In this document: one piece after another, positions 1-12,107 of the stretch
How the letters are laid out: each line of letters starts with the position of its first letter
Position numbering within the stretch: the stretch's first letter is position 1
Assembly: GCA_030704615.1 (NCBI GenBank)
Contig: CM060732.1
Span: 63,550,001-63,614,000, forward strand
From: Takakia lepidozioides
Lineage: Eukaryota > Plantae > Bryophyta
Length of the DNA stretch: 64,000 bases
Reading direction: 5' to 3'
Notes under the pieces: model-generated
Told to the model about the DNA's origin: nothing
Seen by the model: only the letters and a program-made list of their open reading frames with translations
Database searches by the model: none
Translations under genes and position numbers: made by a program

Positions 1-3000
1 GCGCCGGCTTAGTAGTAGTAGTAGTAGGAGGACTGGTTGCTGAAGCCGAAGAAGGGAGCCCTTTGTCGGAGATCTTTGGTGGGGCCTCCTTAGTGGACTC
101 GCCCTCATCCTCTATGTCTACAGCCTCGTGCTCAAAGCTGTGGAAAATCCCATTCCAGGACCACGGTTGATTTGTGTCATGAGAGATCAAGGGGGGGGGG
201 GGGGGTGGGTTCAAAAATATGTGTACCGTGTCCCCTCTACATCGCAGCAGTAAAAGAGCGAAAGATTCCTTCTTTTCCTTCTTCTGAATGTTGAAGATTT
301 CAATCCAACATCCCGGGCTATACTTCTGTGATAGCTAAGCGCTGAAGATTCTTTTAAAGGGGGAACTTCTTTTACCTCTTTCTGCAGGCTTCCATGAAGA
401 GGCTCCCACAGTGGCACATTGCTGCAGGCCCCTCTGTGGAAGATGGGTAATGCATGGACCCGTAGAAAGAGTGGACAGGATATACTCTTCAATCAATGCT
501 ATACTGGTGAAGCCCAACATGGAAGCCACATATTCACAGCATTCACTTTCCATACTTGGCACGATGATGTGATCGAGCTGCCACCCTATGAAAGCTAAAG
601 CTATCTTAGCAGACATTGTAGGGTTTTTCCGTCTCTCGTAAATTGGGATGAGAAAGAGACAGTTTAGGACAGGCAGCAGTGCTTGAGAATGACCATCGTT
701 CCACGTTCCCAGAAAACATCATTACACATGCAGTACCGTTGGTTATGCACAGAGTGAGACTAGGAATCTTGCCTTGAAGATATGACAGAATCGAAAAAAA
801 AATTCCTTGCAGCCTTCACTTTTAAGTTGCCATTAGAGAGTCAACCAAAAAAACAGGCGGGCAAGAATGGACAACAGACCTGATTGGTTGGTTGATAGGA
901 ACCTCCACATCCTTTCCCACCCAGCATGCTACGAGCTGCAGAATTAAAACTAATGGGTGAGCCGTGGGCCGATAAAAGAGAGGGGGAGAGAGAGAATGTA
1001 TTCATAAGACTTTGTTTGCCATAGCCTTGTGGCCATAGACCCCGCAAACAGGGAGCAGATACTACCTTTGTGAGGGGCTCCCTCCGGTAGTGTCTTACCT
1101 TGATAGAGACAATTAGTTTGGGTTTTCCAGATAGACGGAGAGAGAGAGAGAGAGAACGGATCAAAGCAATTTATCATGGCCACACTGCCAAACCTGCACT
1201 AATTTTGGCATACATATGCCCACCGAAACACAGCATTACCAAAAGAGACATACCTTGGAAAACTCAGGTACAACATAAAGCTTGGAATAGCGCTTGCAAA
1301 TAGACAGATAATCTCGTTCTGCCTCGACCACACTGTATGGCTCAATCTGCCATTCCATAGTACTCACTGTCATTCTTTGACAATACCTCTCTGGTCCTTC
1401 CCATGGCCCACATGGGCTGTAGCTGATATGGAATTCCCAAATATTGCAACACACAATCCTCTAGCTCCCACTGTCTTTGAAAACCCGTTCCCTTGCTACC
1501 CTCAGGAACACAGGAATGTAGGAACATGGATAAATGCTCATAATGACACACAACAACCATGACTGGTCACTCATTCAATGTCCACCAACATCCTTACTCC
1601 ACTATTCCCTCATCCTACACAGAATCATCCCTACCACACCGGAACAAAGCAAGGAGCTCAGATGCTGTGGTACAAAAATTGTAAACCTCCGAGATTAGAA
1701 AAACATGCAAGAGACCAGGAATGCACACACACCTTGCAAACATACTCTCTCCTCTTGTCTTTTGATGGGGACGTGTGCCTGAACATAGATGACAGAAAGA
1801 AGTCAGATGCTTTCCTCCCACTATTTTTCTTGTCTCTCTTCTAGATATTTGGTAAAAACTGGAAAAACACCACACAAAAAAGAAGACGAGAAAGGTAGAT
1901 ATATGTAGGTTAAGCCACAAGCACCCTTCACCTATAAGAACCATCCCGCCGAGGAGATTCCTTCCTGCTGCGGTCATCCCGATCACCAGCCGGTGACAAC
2001 TTGCGGTCGTGAGATGCCCGCAATGCAGGACTCCTCTCCCTCTTCCTTTCTTCTTCTCTCCTTTCTCTATCTCTATCCCTTCCTCTTTCCCGATCCTCTC
2101 GGTCATGTGCCCCAGGCCCACCACCACCACCTCCACTGACCCCTCCTCCCCGATTGCGTCTGTCCCTATCTCTCCGGCGGCCACCCTCATCACGGCGACG
2201 CTCTCCACGAAATGGAGGCCGTTGATCCCGACGATCATCATTGCGGCTGCTGCCAATGCTGGGCCGGTCAGAACGGTTACCCCCTCCTCCCCCGTAACTG
2301 CTTTCTCTCTGCCCAGAGTAAGCCCCACCACGGCCGACACTATAATCACGGCCTGGGGGCAGTTGCACCCCACCATATCCCATCCCAGGTACATTGTGGC
2401 CACCATACATTTGGCCTGTGAGGCAGTGCAGGTACTTCAGCATAGGCAAAGGTGAATGAAATTCAAAGAGGTTCATACCATCCCCCTCCCTTAACTCGCA
2501 ACCCCACAAAAGAACCTGCTCTGTTTGTCTCAGTTTCCCCACAAGAAGAAAGACTTAGCTAGTTATTTCAGGTATGATAATGGCTGGTTCTGCATGCTAC
2601 CCCACATGTGAGCACCCAGTAAGTTGCACAATACCGCTTTACAACAACAGCATGAACATTCTGAATGTTGATACAGACACCAGGTTTTCATGAATATCAG
2701 ACATGCTCTTTAGCATACACAAAGAATCTCAATAGCATAACAGGGAATCAAATAAACTAAGAAGCACTACCTCCAAGACCTCTCCCACCAGCCAGCCCTC
2801 CATAACCTGAAGCTTGCTGGCTGCCTGAGTACCCAGTACCGGCCCCTGCACTACGCCCTCCTCTTCCCCCGCCCCCGTACTGTGCAACAAGTTCTGCTTC
2901 AGCCCGATTGTTACCGTAGTTTCCCCCAAGCATTCCCCTTGGAGTACCCCCATAATCTTGAGAGCCGGTACCCCGCATGCCTCCACCTCTTCCAAGATAG

Positions 3001-6000
3001 TCTCCTTGCGTTCTGCAAGTATAGAACAGTTGAATTTGAGAAACCCACAAATCCAGCCAAACCCTTTCCACCACCTGACTTAACTGGATCACATGCTTCA
3101 AAGAGATTCTTGTGCCCAAACCCCACTGAGTCGAACTTTACTGCAGCCTCGTGAAACCAATACAGGTCACACTATGCAGACGTATTTCACTTGCTACCTC
3201 ACCGAGATACGGATGACACTATATTAGTGATTCAGCTCAAGGGCAAGGCAGATTGCTGATTTTCCAACTTGAATTGAAAGATACATCTTTGTCCTCCAAT
3301 GCAGTGGCCTTATCTTTTGGGAAGTAAACAACCACATACCGAGTAGCACCATCTAATGGAGAAGATGCAGCACCGCGATTGATCATGGATGCTTGTAGCT
3401 GAAGAGCTTGCTGTTGTCGGAGAATATGGCTCTGACACATAGACAGAGTGTTCCAGTTCCTTAAATCCTCCTCTAACCATCCTCAACTATACTTGTATCA
3501 AGGCAAAAACAATTACGTTTGAAGGCAAGGAGAGAACTGAATTTTGTGACGATTTTTTTTAGTTTTATATTCAAGTATCTCTCCTGATCTGATGGGTGGC
3601 AAATGTCGACAAGAAGACCGCTTGGATTTGTTCATAGCTTGTTTCATGAACCCTATCCATCCAGGCAGATGACGAACTTGTAAATGGCCCGGACACACTT
3701 GCGAGTTACTGATGCTTACCAAAATTTACCAATTTACCACGATTTGGCTGAGTAAATTGTTGCACAGCCAATCACAATAGTTTGTATAACGTCCAGCAAA
3801 TTTACAGAGCCTACTGCTCAAAGCACAGCTCAGTGAGGGGCCACTACCATTAAAGGAACATGTTGAAGGATTGAACCCAGGATCACTCAGGTTATGCACA
3901 GTCCAAGGTAAAGGGAGATAGATAGAGGGGGAAAATTCAAGTACCTGGTGATCTTGCCGCTCCTGTTGCTGTACCAAGTTGCATCACAACCAACACACAC
4001 TGTCTTTACAAACCAAAAAATAATGCAGTCGCACAAGCACCATGAGAATGAATGCAACCTTCAATATCATATGACAAAACGATCCCATATAATGTCTAAA
4101 TCCTCCCTTCATCAGTCATGAACCCAGACCTTTAAGCACTGTCTGAGCAAGATAACTACCTAACCTCCTCTTCTTGCTGCCTGCCACTCATTCACAGAAA
4201 ATCCTATGCTCTCAGTCTTGCTCCTAAAGTTCAGCTCGTTTTCTCTTGCGTCCCAGAGACATCAGATGATCCCATGTAACTTCCCCCTTGCTCTGAGAAT
4301 ACCCGTTGGTATTCACTGCTTGCTATCCAAAGGCCTCGCCCTTGCCTTTGCCATTCTGACTGTTCACCTTCCTTTGCTTAGCCATTTGTCTCTTCAGCTT
4401 CTACTACTGGCCTATACTATTTCCAGCCTTGTTTAGTCCCTAACCACGTCTTGCTAAACTGGTCTGTAACACTTGAAACACAACATATAGACAAATACGC
4501 AGCATACAAACCCATGACATAGTCTTATCAGCATTCTGAGGAATATGGTCACCTGTCGTTGCTGAGCCACAGCCACTGCTGCATGGGCGTCCTGATAGCG
4601 GCGGGCAGTGTCCCCTTGTGCCTCACCCTGGCCGTATGTACTTGGTGTTTGCCCATACTGACCCCTTTCTGATGATGCATAGTCAGAGCTTTTCACACTG
4701 TAGCTGGCCCCATACTGGTCAGCCACTGCTTTTTGGCTGTAAGCTGTGGGTGACGAGGCGCCCCCGTAATCACTTGCCTTACCAACATAGCCTGCACTTG
4801 AAGCACTGCCGCCATATTTGGCAATGTCACCATATTGAGGAGTCTCACTATATTTAGAGCCATCCGATGCGGAATATACCCCTGACGCACTGACAGCCGA
4901 TGCTCCCCCAACTACATAGGAAGCTCCACTGGGTATGGTTGCTCTATCTTGAATGGTTCCATAAGCAGTTGAGCCCCGGGTAGCCACAGTCACCTGTGCT
5001 TGGTATTCTTCAGTAGATGTTACTCCCCGACCACTCGCTCCAAGCAGCTGTTATGAAAACACGTCATGTACACCCCATGTCCTTATTCCCCAATTCAAGA
5101 GTTCATAAATAAAAATTATCAATGAGAGAACCTTGTGAACTCTGAACTCACATTTGAAGGGCAGTTCACACGATAGCTGAAAAACAGCCGTACGGCGATT
5201 GGTACTATCCGTTTCAGGCTGCCGTGCGTTGGTTTTTCACACAGTTTAGAGAACTGCTCTACGGCAGATTGTAATGGCAGCATGTGCACTTTTTCCAGAG
5301 AAAAGGGATGCAGAGAAGACAAAGAACTTAATGACTGTTGTGCAGCTGCCCTATAGAGACAGCAGCCTATCGGTGGAGTTAAATGGCTTCAAGCATTGTG
5401 GAAGTATACTTCTGTTAAACACGGACCAAATCAAAGAGCAAGAACAGAAGCAAAGAAAATTTTGGAATACCTGCTGGTTGGTACCCTGGGCAGGAGAGGC
5501 ATAAACAGTCCCATACTGACCCCCATACTGACCAGCTGCACTCACTGACCCACCCCCACTGGCTGGGACAGCTGACACCCCAGTCGAGGACCGCCCGTAG
5601 GCACCCTGAGATTGGTCAGCTTGTTGAGCACCCTGGGCTGAAGCTTGCTGGGACCATGCAACCTGCTGCTGCTGTGCTGCACTTGGTTGTTGGATCCCCC
5701 CAGTAGGAGCACCATATGTGGCATTGCTCGCATATCCTGCTTGCACTGGGGCAGCCGCCGGTTGCTAGTGAAGCAATTGTGCACTTGAGAAAGTCAGTTT
5801 TGACACCCTTTGACTAAAAAAGAAATGTACACCAGCACAGCAAAGGTCCCTAGCCCTCACTGTCCAGAATCTGAAGCAGCAGAAAGCATGGGGCTCTTTG
5901 AGGAATCAACAGATAGGAAAGAGGGTTTACCTGCTGGGCATAGCTTTGTTGTGCATATGCCTGCTGAGAGTAAGCTTGTTGACTATATGCTGCACTTGCT

Positions 6001-7616
6001 GCAGAGGGTGGGGCAACTGCTTGCTGGCCAGAATATGAGCTTGAAGAGTAAGAATACTGGGCTACTCCTTGCTGCCAATATATAAGACAGAAGTGTGTCA
6101 GTCCTGCAATGAAACAAGTCCAACAACTAACCATAAACCTACAAGCAGGATACTCCAAATTGATGAGGCATTTGTTTAGTTTTTCTGTTTTGTAGTTAGA
6201 TGTTGTTGCACTGCCTCTTACTTGTCTCCTTCGCCCTGGCCACACTGTATAGAAAGCTTGTGCCTGGGAAATCCTGCCACTATGGCTGCTACACCGATAG
6301 GTCATTTAGGACCAACATGTGCATACCGCAACAAGTAATTCGCAGTCCGCTTCCAATGGGTCCTTACAAGAGGCATAGCGACTAGTGACAACTGGTGACT
6401 AGACAAAAACTTGCATTCAGTAGCACGAAACTGTCTATGCACTTATACACTCACATATCACCTGTTCCAAAATCCCAGACATTGCAAGCATTAGGGGGCA
6501 GCCAGTAGAGGACAAATTCACCTTCAAGCATCTTCAAGAGAGATAAAAAGAACCCCAGTAAAACCCGCCAAGTTCAACTTTGATTGACGACATTACTAAC
6601 CACTGAAAATAAACCATTCTGCTCATGAATGATTCGATCACAAAATCGTAACAAATTGGACATAGTTACATTACAAATAGCAGGCAATATGTGATTCTAT
6701 CCTGATTGAGGACAAAGCTAGTCTTGCAGAACTCTGCAGCCATCATGGGGGCAATGGCCCTTACGCAGGTAAGCAACATTTGCCAAATACGTCCCTCCCT
6801 CCCCTCCCCATACCCATTAAGCTGGTTGCAAAGACCCCAGTCTAAAGCCTCCCCATTACTGGGCTTGAACCATATTCGTGAGTGCAACCCTGGGTTTCTG
6901 TCAAGGCAGGACGTGCATGTCCAATCTTTGGTGGTGTCACATCCCATCATTTGTGGGTCGTATCAGCTGAGGAAAGAGACAAACGGACAGCAGGCTTCCA
7001 GGAGAAGCGGGGTTTAAGTTTTAATATTTACAATAGAAGGTTATTCTTTGCTGCGTGGTATCTCAAGTACATTTTGCAGTTGAGCATGTGATGAAAATGA
7101 CTTCTATGCTTCAATGCGAGTGGAGCTTGCATGCGCATGAGGCTTTCACCCTTGTAAATTGATGTAGTGTGGCCAATACTCTTGTCATGAGGGTTTTGTC
7201 TTATGCGTGCATTCCTTCTACAATCCCTAGCCCTTCTTTTGTACTCGCACTTAAAAACCATAGTCATGTTCGAGAGTTCAAAGTTGATATAAGCATTACT
7301 ACGGATAACTATGTAGAATCATTTCATCGGCCTGGTTGCAGGTCTAGGAATTACCAAACAATGTTCCAGAACCTCACCCAGATTCACATCCTCCAACACA
7401 AAATCATCACTCCTGACCTGCTTAAAAGAGACATCAAAATCCCGCATTTACCAAGCGAGCAATCCCAAGAAGCCACCAGCAGGGAGATGATTTTCATGAC
7501 GAGCTTCAAAAATCTCTAGAGAAAGACCAACAAGGGGCTACCTGCTGCTGAACATGAGATAACGCTGGCTGCTGTGTCTGATGAGCCGCCGCCCTCGACA
7601 AGCTCCACTGGTCCAT
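1..7616 (-). CDS. EMB1579: EMB1579/RSA1-like (CCAR1/DBC1-family) nuclear protein, 5' portion; gene continues beyond position 1
   Basis: GT-AG exons join in frame: 7616-7542, 6071-5931, 5764-5471, 5047-4553, 3431-3340, 3012-2771, 2415-1932, 1778-1733, 1346-1254, 935-880, 137-<1. The translation has motifs I recognise from Arabidopsis EMB1579/RSA1: QYGGQYGTVY, GYGGVQLPPGRDY, an RD/RE-rich tract, RREYVCK, ERDYLSICKRYSKLYVVPEFSKLVACW and SFEHE. The first exon (MDQWSLSR...) is the least certain. Confidence 0.88.
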
Positions 7617-8004
7617 CTCAGACACGCTCTCTTTCTTCCCCCGGTCACTCACTGGCTACACATCATCCTCCTCCACCTCCCTACCACTATCTGTTCCTCA
7701 CGGCAGTTCCTCGTTCACAAACACGGAACAACTTGCCACCATCTGCTCCACCCTCCCTCTCCTCTCCACGCACCTCCTCAAATCCTTGCCACATCCACAC
7801 ATAACACTCTCGCTTTGCCCTAGGGTTTGTCGGCAACCACTGTTACCATCTTTCCGTCCGCCCTATGTGGGGATGAATGTACAGTCGATCGATCAACTGT
7901 AAACGCCACACGAGCCAGCGGGCAGCCACAAAGAGCCAGCGGGCAGAGGGGAGAAACGCCCTGCCTTCTTCTCCTGCTGATCGCAGGAGAAGAAGAGGCG
8001 TTAC
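7617..8004. promoter_or_regulatory. Putative bidirectional promoter / 5' leader region with a telo-box
   Basis: Short CpG-containing interval between the divergently oriented EMB1579-like ATG (7616) and the PPR gene leader. Telo-box AAACCCTA on the minus strand at 7821-7828. Confidence 0.5.
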
Positions 8005-8110
8005 ATGATGCAGAAATTAAACGGGCCAGTCTGTGGAGAAACGGGGATCCAGCTTCGGAATGCGGGGCTCGAGCTCGAGACCCTGGCCATTCAGGGCTAT
8101 GAAAGTTCCC

Positions 8111-8597
8111 CGCATGCAGGGGAGCTGAAGAAAGGTATGGGAAATTGTACTTAGGTGGTTTTTGAGAGAGGGAGAGAGAGGTCAATTTGGATTATAGCTT
8201 CACGTTCGAACTTCGAACTGGGTGAACTGGATGATTTGTGTCGCAAGGAATGCATATTCTCATGCACCATTTTTTGTTTATCGGTAAGTCCACTGTCAGA
8301 TACCTTTTAAGTACTGTATTGTTAGCTCTAGTTTGGGAGGCAACAACTGCAGGTTGTGCATGCAGGGGAACTGAAGAAAGGTATGGGGAATGGTTTTTGA
8401 GGGAGGGAGAGAGAGGTCAATTTTGATTATAGCTTCACGTTCGAACTTCGAACTGGGTGAACTGGATGATTTGTGTAGCAAGGAATGCATATTCTCCAAC
8501 CCATCTGCACCATTTTGTGTTTATCTGTTAGTTCAATGTCAGATGCCTGTTAAGTAGTGTATTGTTATCTGTAATTTGGGAGGCAACAACTGCAGGT
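8111..8597 (+). repeat. Tandem duplication (2 x ~245 bp) in the 5' leader of the PPR gene
   Basis: Both copies contain gcatgcagggga.ctgaagaaaggtatggg...gattatagcttcacgttcgaacttcgaactgggtgaactggatgatttgtgt...gggaggcaacaactgcaggtt. Confidence 0.95.
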
Positions 8598-8768
8598 TTC
8601 TTGTCGACGATGTGAAGGCTGCCATTGAGGTCTCAGTAAGGACCAGGGGCCAGGTCAATTAGGTGCTGGGTGAATGTCTGTTGAAGCACTACTTTTCTGA
8701 ATAGAGACTGTGGGAATCGGAAGCTGGGAGGAGTTTTCATGGTCTTGCAGTTGCACGCAGGTCAAGCG

Positions 8769-11700
8769 ATGGGCGTAGAACGCCTCTGGCAGGAGTGCTT
8801 CACAGATTCTTCACAGTGGTGGGACAACAGGTTCAAAAAGGTGAGTCTATATAGCATCTGAAAAGGTGTCTCGAGGGATTTGTGACTTGATTTTGGGACT
8901 GAATTGTATCTCCGTGCCTGTTGCTACTGCTTTACCAATTGGAAAAGATATTGATGCTCACTCTGAATCACACTGCCTGCATGTGTTCATCTGCAGCGTA
9001 ATTGATGACAATATTTTCTTGGTTGCAAAAATGCGGAAACAGCGTTCCTTATGTGGTTTCAGTAGGTTGCTTCTTTCATATTAGTGGGAAGATCCTTGGA
9101 GATTTTGGTAGTTTTTACCTAGTCTGGGCAAGGCTGTGCTTTGAAGCTGTGTCTGTTCAGTTGTCCACTGGTGGTTTCACAGAAAAGCCCAAGTTCACCG
9201 CGCACAAACAAGGTCCTTTGGGTTGAGTCAGACCATCCTGGGGTGAATGCACAGCTAGCAGCCATGAGACAAGGTCGAGCACAATTTGTTGAAGGTTCTA
9301 ATGTCGATGGACACCATGGAGCTGACAGGTATTATTTTGATAATGAAGAATTTCAATGCAAACAACAGAATGCTGGGAGCATGTTGAAACATGTTGGTAG
9401 GTTTGATGAGTCTCTTCACGGACAAAGATAACTCGGAGTCATGAGAGTAACTACAATAAATATTAATACTTAGGAAGGCCTGTCCTCGACATTTGTAGGT
9501 GTCGAGTATGGTCTGCTAGTTGAGAATCAGGTTGGTGACTAAGAGATTGAGCCCTGCAGGGTGCCAGGGTTGAGTCAGACGGAATCTTTTGTTGGACAGC
9601 AGACTGGCGGCAGGGTCAGCACCTCCACCATCACTACTACTTTAGAAAGAGGGCCAAGAAAGGGAGTCCACAAGAACTCTTCTGGCACTTGTGGGGACGT
9701 GAGGACACTATGTAAGGCAGGACGCCTGAAAGAGGCACTGTACATTTTAAATCAACATCGCATTTGGGTAGACTCCAATACTTATGCCTCTGTTTTGAAG
9801 GAGTGCATCCGCATGAAAGGCCTAGCAGATGGAAAGGTAGTGCATGCCCACATTATCCAAAGTGGATTCAAGCCAAACGTCCTTCTACTGAACATGCTTA
9901 TCAACATGTACGCCAAGTGTGGGAGCATGGTGGATGCACGCCAAGTGTTCGACAAAATGCCTGATCGAGATATGTTTACGTGGAATATAATGATAGCAGG
10001 ATATGCCAAACATGGGTGTAGCAGGGATGCTTTTAAGATATATGAGCAAATGCATGGGGAAGGGCTGACACCTGACAAGATTACATTCGGTTGCTTGCTC
10101 AATGCATGCGCAAGGCTAGGAGCCCTGGAAAAAGGCAAACAGGTCCATGCTGACATTATCAAATCTGGAATTGCACCAGATATCATTCTGGAGACTGCTC
10201 TTGCTGGCATGTATGTCAAATGTGGGAGCATGAAGGATGCGCATCAAGTGTTTGACAATATGTCTGAGCGAGATGTGGTCTCATGGAGTGCGATGATCGC
10301 AGGATATGCTCAGCATGGATGTGCTAATGAGGCTTTTGAGATCTATGAGCAAATGCATCAGGCAGGAGTGATGCCCAACAGGGTCACATTTGTTTGCATT
10401 CTCAATGCGTGTGCAAGCCTAGGAGCCCTGGAAAAGGGCAAAGAGGTCCATACTGACATCATCAAAGCTGGAATTCGTTCATATATTAATTTGGACAATA
10501 CCCTCGTTGGCATGTATGCCAAATGCGGCAGCATGAAAGATGCACGTCAAGTGTTCGACAATATGGCACAACGAGATGTGATTTCTTGGAATGCCATGAT
10601 CACAGGATACACTCAACATGGATATGGTGAGGAGGCTTTCAGTATCTATGAGCAAATGCAAGAAGATGGGGTGAAGCCTGATAACGTCACATTTAATTGC
10701 ATTCTCAGTGCGTGTGCCGACCTGGGAGCCCTGGAAAAGGGTAAAGAGGTCCATTCTGACGTCACGAAAAGTGGGATTGTTCCAGATATCATGTTGAAAA
10801 ATACCCTTGTTGACATGTATGCTAAATGCGGTAGTGTGGAGGCTGCTCGTGAATTGTTTGACAATATGGGCCAACGAAATGTGGTTTCATGGAACACAAT
10901 GATCTCAGGATATGCTCAACATGGGTTTGGTGAAGAGGCTTTCAAGATCTATGAGCAAATGGAACTGGAAGGGGTAATGGCTGACCGAGTCACATTTACT
11001 TGCATTCTTAATGCATGTGCCCACCTAGGAGCCCTGGATAAGGGCAAAGAGATCCATGCAGATATTATCGAAGCTGGAATTGGGTCTTATATTAATTTGG
11101 AGACTGCCCTTGTCAACATGTATGCCAAGTGCGGGAGCTTGAAGGATGCACATCAAGTGTTCAACAATATGACTGAACGAAGTGTGGTCTCATGGAGTGC
11201 ATTAATTGCAGGGTATGCTCAGCATGGGTGTGGTATGGAGGCCGTGCAATTATTTGATCAAATGCAACTTGAAGGCTTGAAGCCAAATGGTATCACCTTT
11301 ATATCTCTTCTGTCTGCATGCAGCCATGGGGGCCTAGTGGATGAAGGCCGGCATTACTTTGACACCATGACCCGAGATCATGATCTCACTCCTACAGTGG
11401 AGCATTTTGGCTGCCTGGTGGACCTTCTTGGCCGTGCAGGGCGATTAAGTGAGGCTGAAGACTTCATTGATAAATTGCCAATCACACCAAGTGCTGTGGT
11501 GTGGCGGGCCTTGCTTGGTGCCTGCAGAGTTCATGGCAATATGAAACTAGCAGAACGGATGGCCAAAAATATTCTCAGGAGTGATCCTCAGCATGCTGCA
11601 GCTTATGTCCTTCTATCAAACATGTATGCTGCAGCTGGCAGATGGGAGGACAAAGCAGAGGTGAGGAAAATGATGGACGAGAGAGGTGTCAAAAAGCTGG

Positions 11701-12107
11701 CAGGGCGCAGCTGCATTGAGGTGGACAACCAACTGCATACATTCCAAGTTGATGACAGAATGCATCCAGAAATTGAGGGAGTCCATGCTGAGCTGAAGAG
11801 ATTGTTTGAGCAGATGAAGGAGGCCGGGTATGTGCCTGACACCCGTTTCGTATTGCATGATGTGGAGGATGAGCAAAAGAAATTTTCTCTTTGCCACCAT
11901 AGTGAGAAGCTAGCTATTGCTTTTGGGCTCATCAGGATGGCTCCTGGAACACCTATCCGCATCATCAAGAACCTCCGAGTGTGTGGTGACTGCCACACTG
12001 CCACCAAGTTCATCTCAAAGATTGCTGGGCGAGCGATTGTTGTACGAGATGCTTACCGCTTTCATCACTTCCAAGATGGAGTTTGTTCTTGTGGGGATTA
12101 CTGGTGA
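8769..12107 (+). CDS. PLS-class PPR protein with E1-E2-DYW cytidine deaminase (organellar C-to-U editing factor) and an N-terminal OSB/PDF-like motif
   Basis: The uninterrupted ORF 9561-12107 encodes 17 motifs (L-S-[P-L-S]x4-P2-L2-S2), E1, E2 and a DYW domain with HSEKLA, CGDCH and terminal CGDYW. It has no in-frame ATG before the first PPR, so upstream exons are needed. Predicted exons: 8769(or 8739)-8840, 9183-9328, 9560-12107, all GT-AG and in frame. The upstream exon model is less certain than the main ORF. Confidence 0.9.

Noticed and set aside
1615-2455. Long overlapping ORFs (263 aa minus, 148 aa plus)
   Set aside because: Alternative-frame or antisense shadows of the GC-rich EMB1579 exon 2415-1932.
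9561-9563. GTG start assigned by the ORF track to the PPR gene
   Set aside because: It lies just after a CTGCAG acceptor; upstream exons supply an in-frame ATG.
11687-12107. Possibility that the DYW domain is a U-to-C (KP-type) variant
   Set aside because: The spacing matches the PG box, and the GYVPDT gating region, HSE and DYW end are canonical for C-to-U enzymes.
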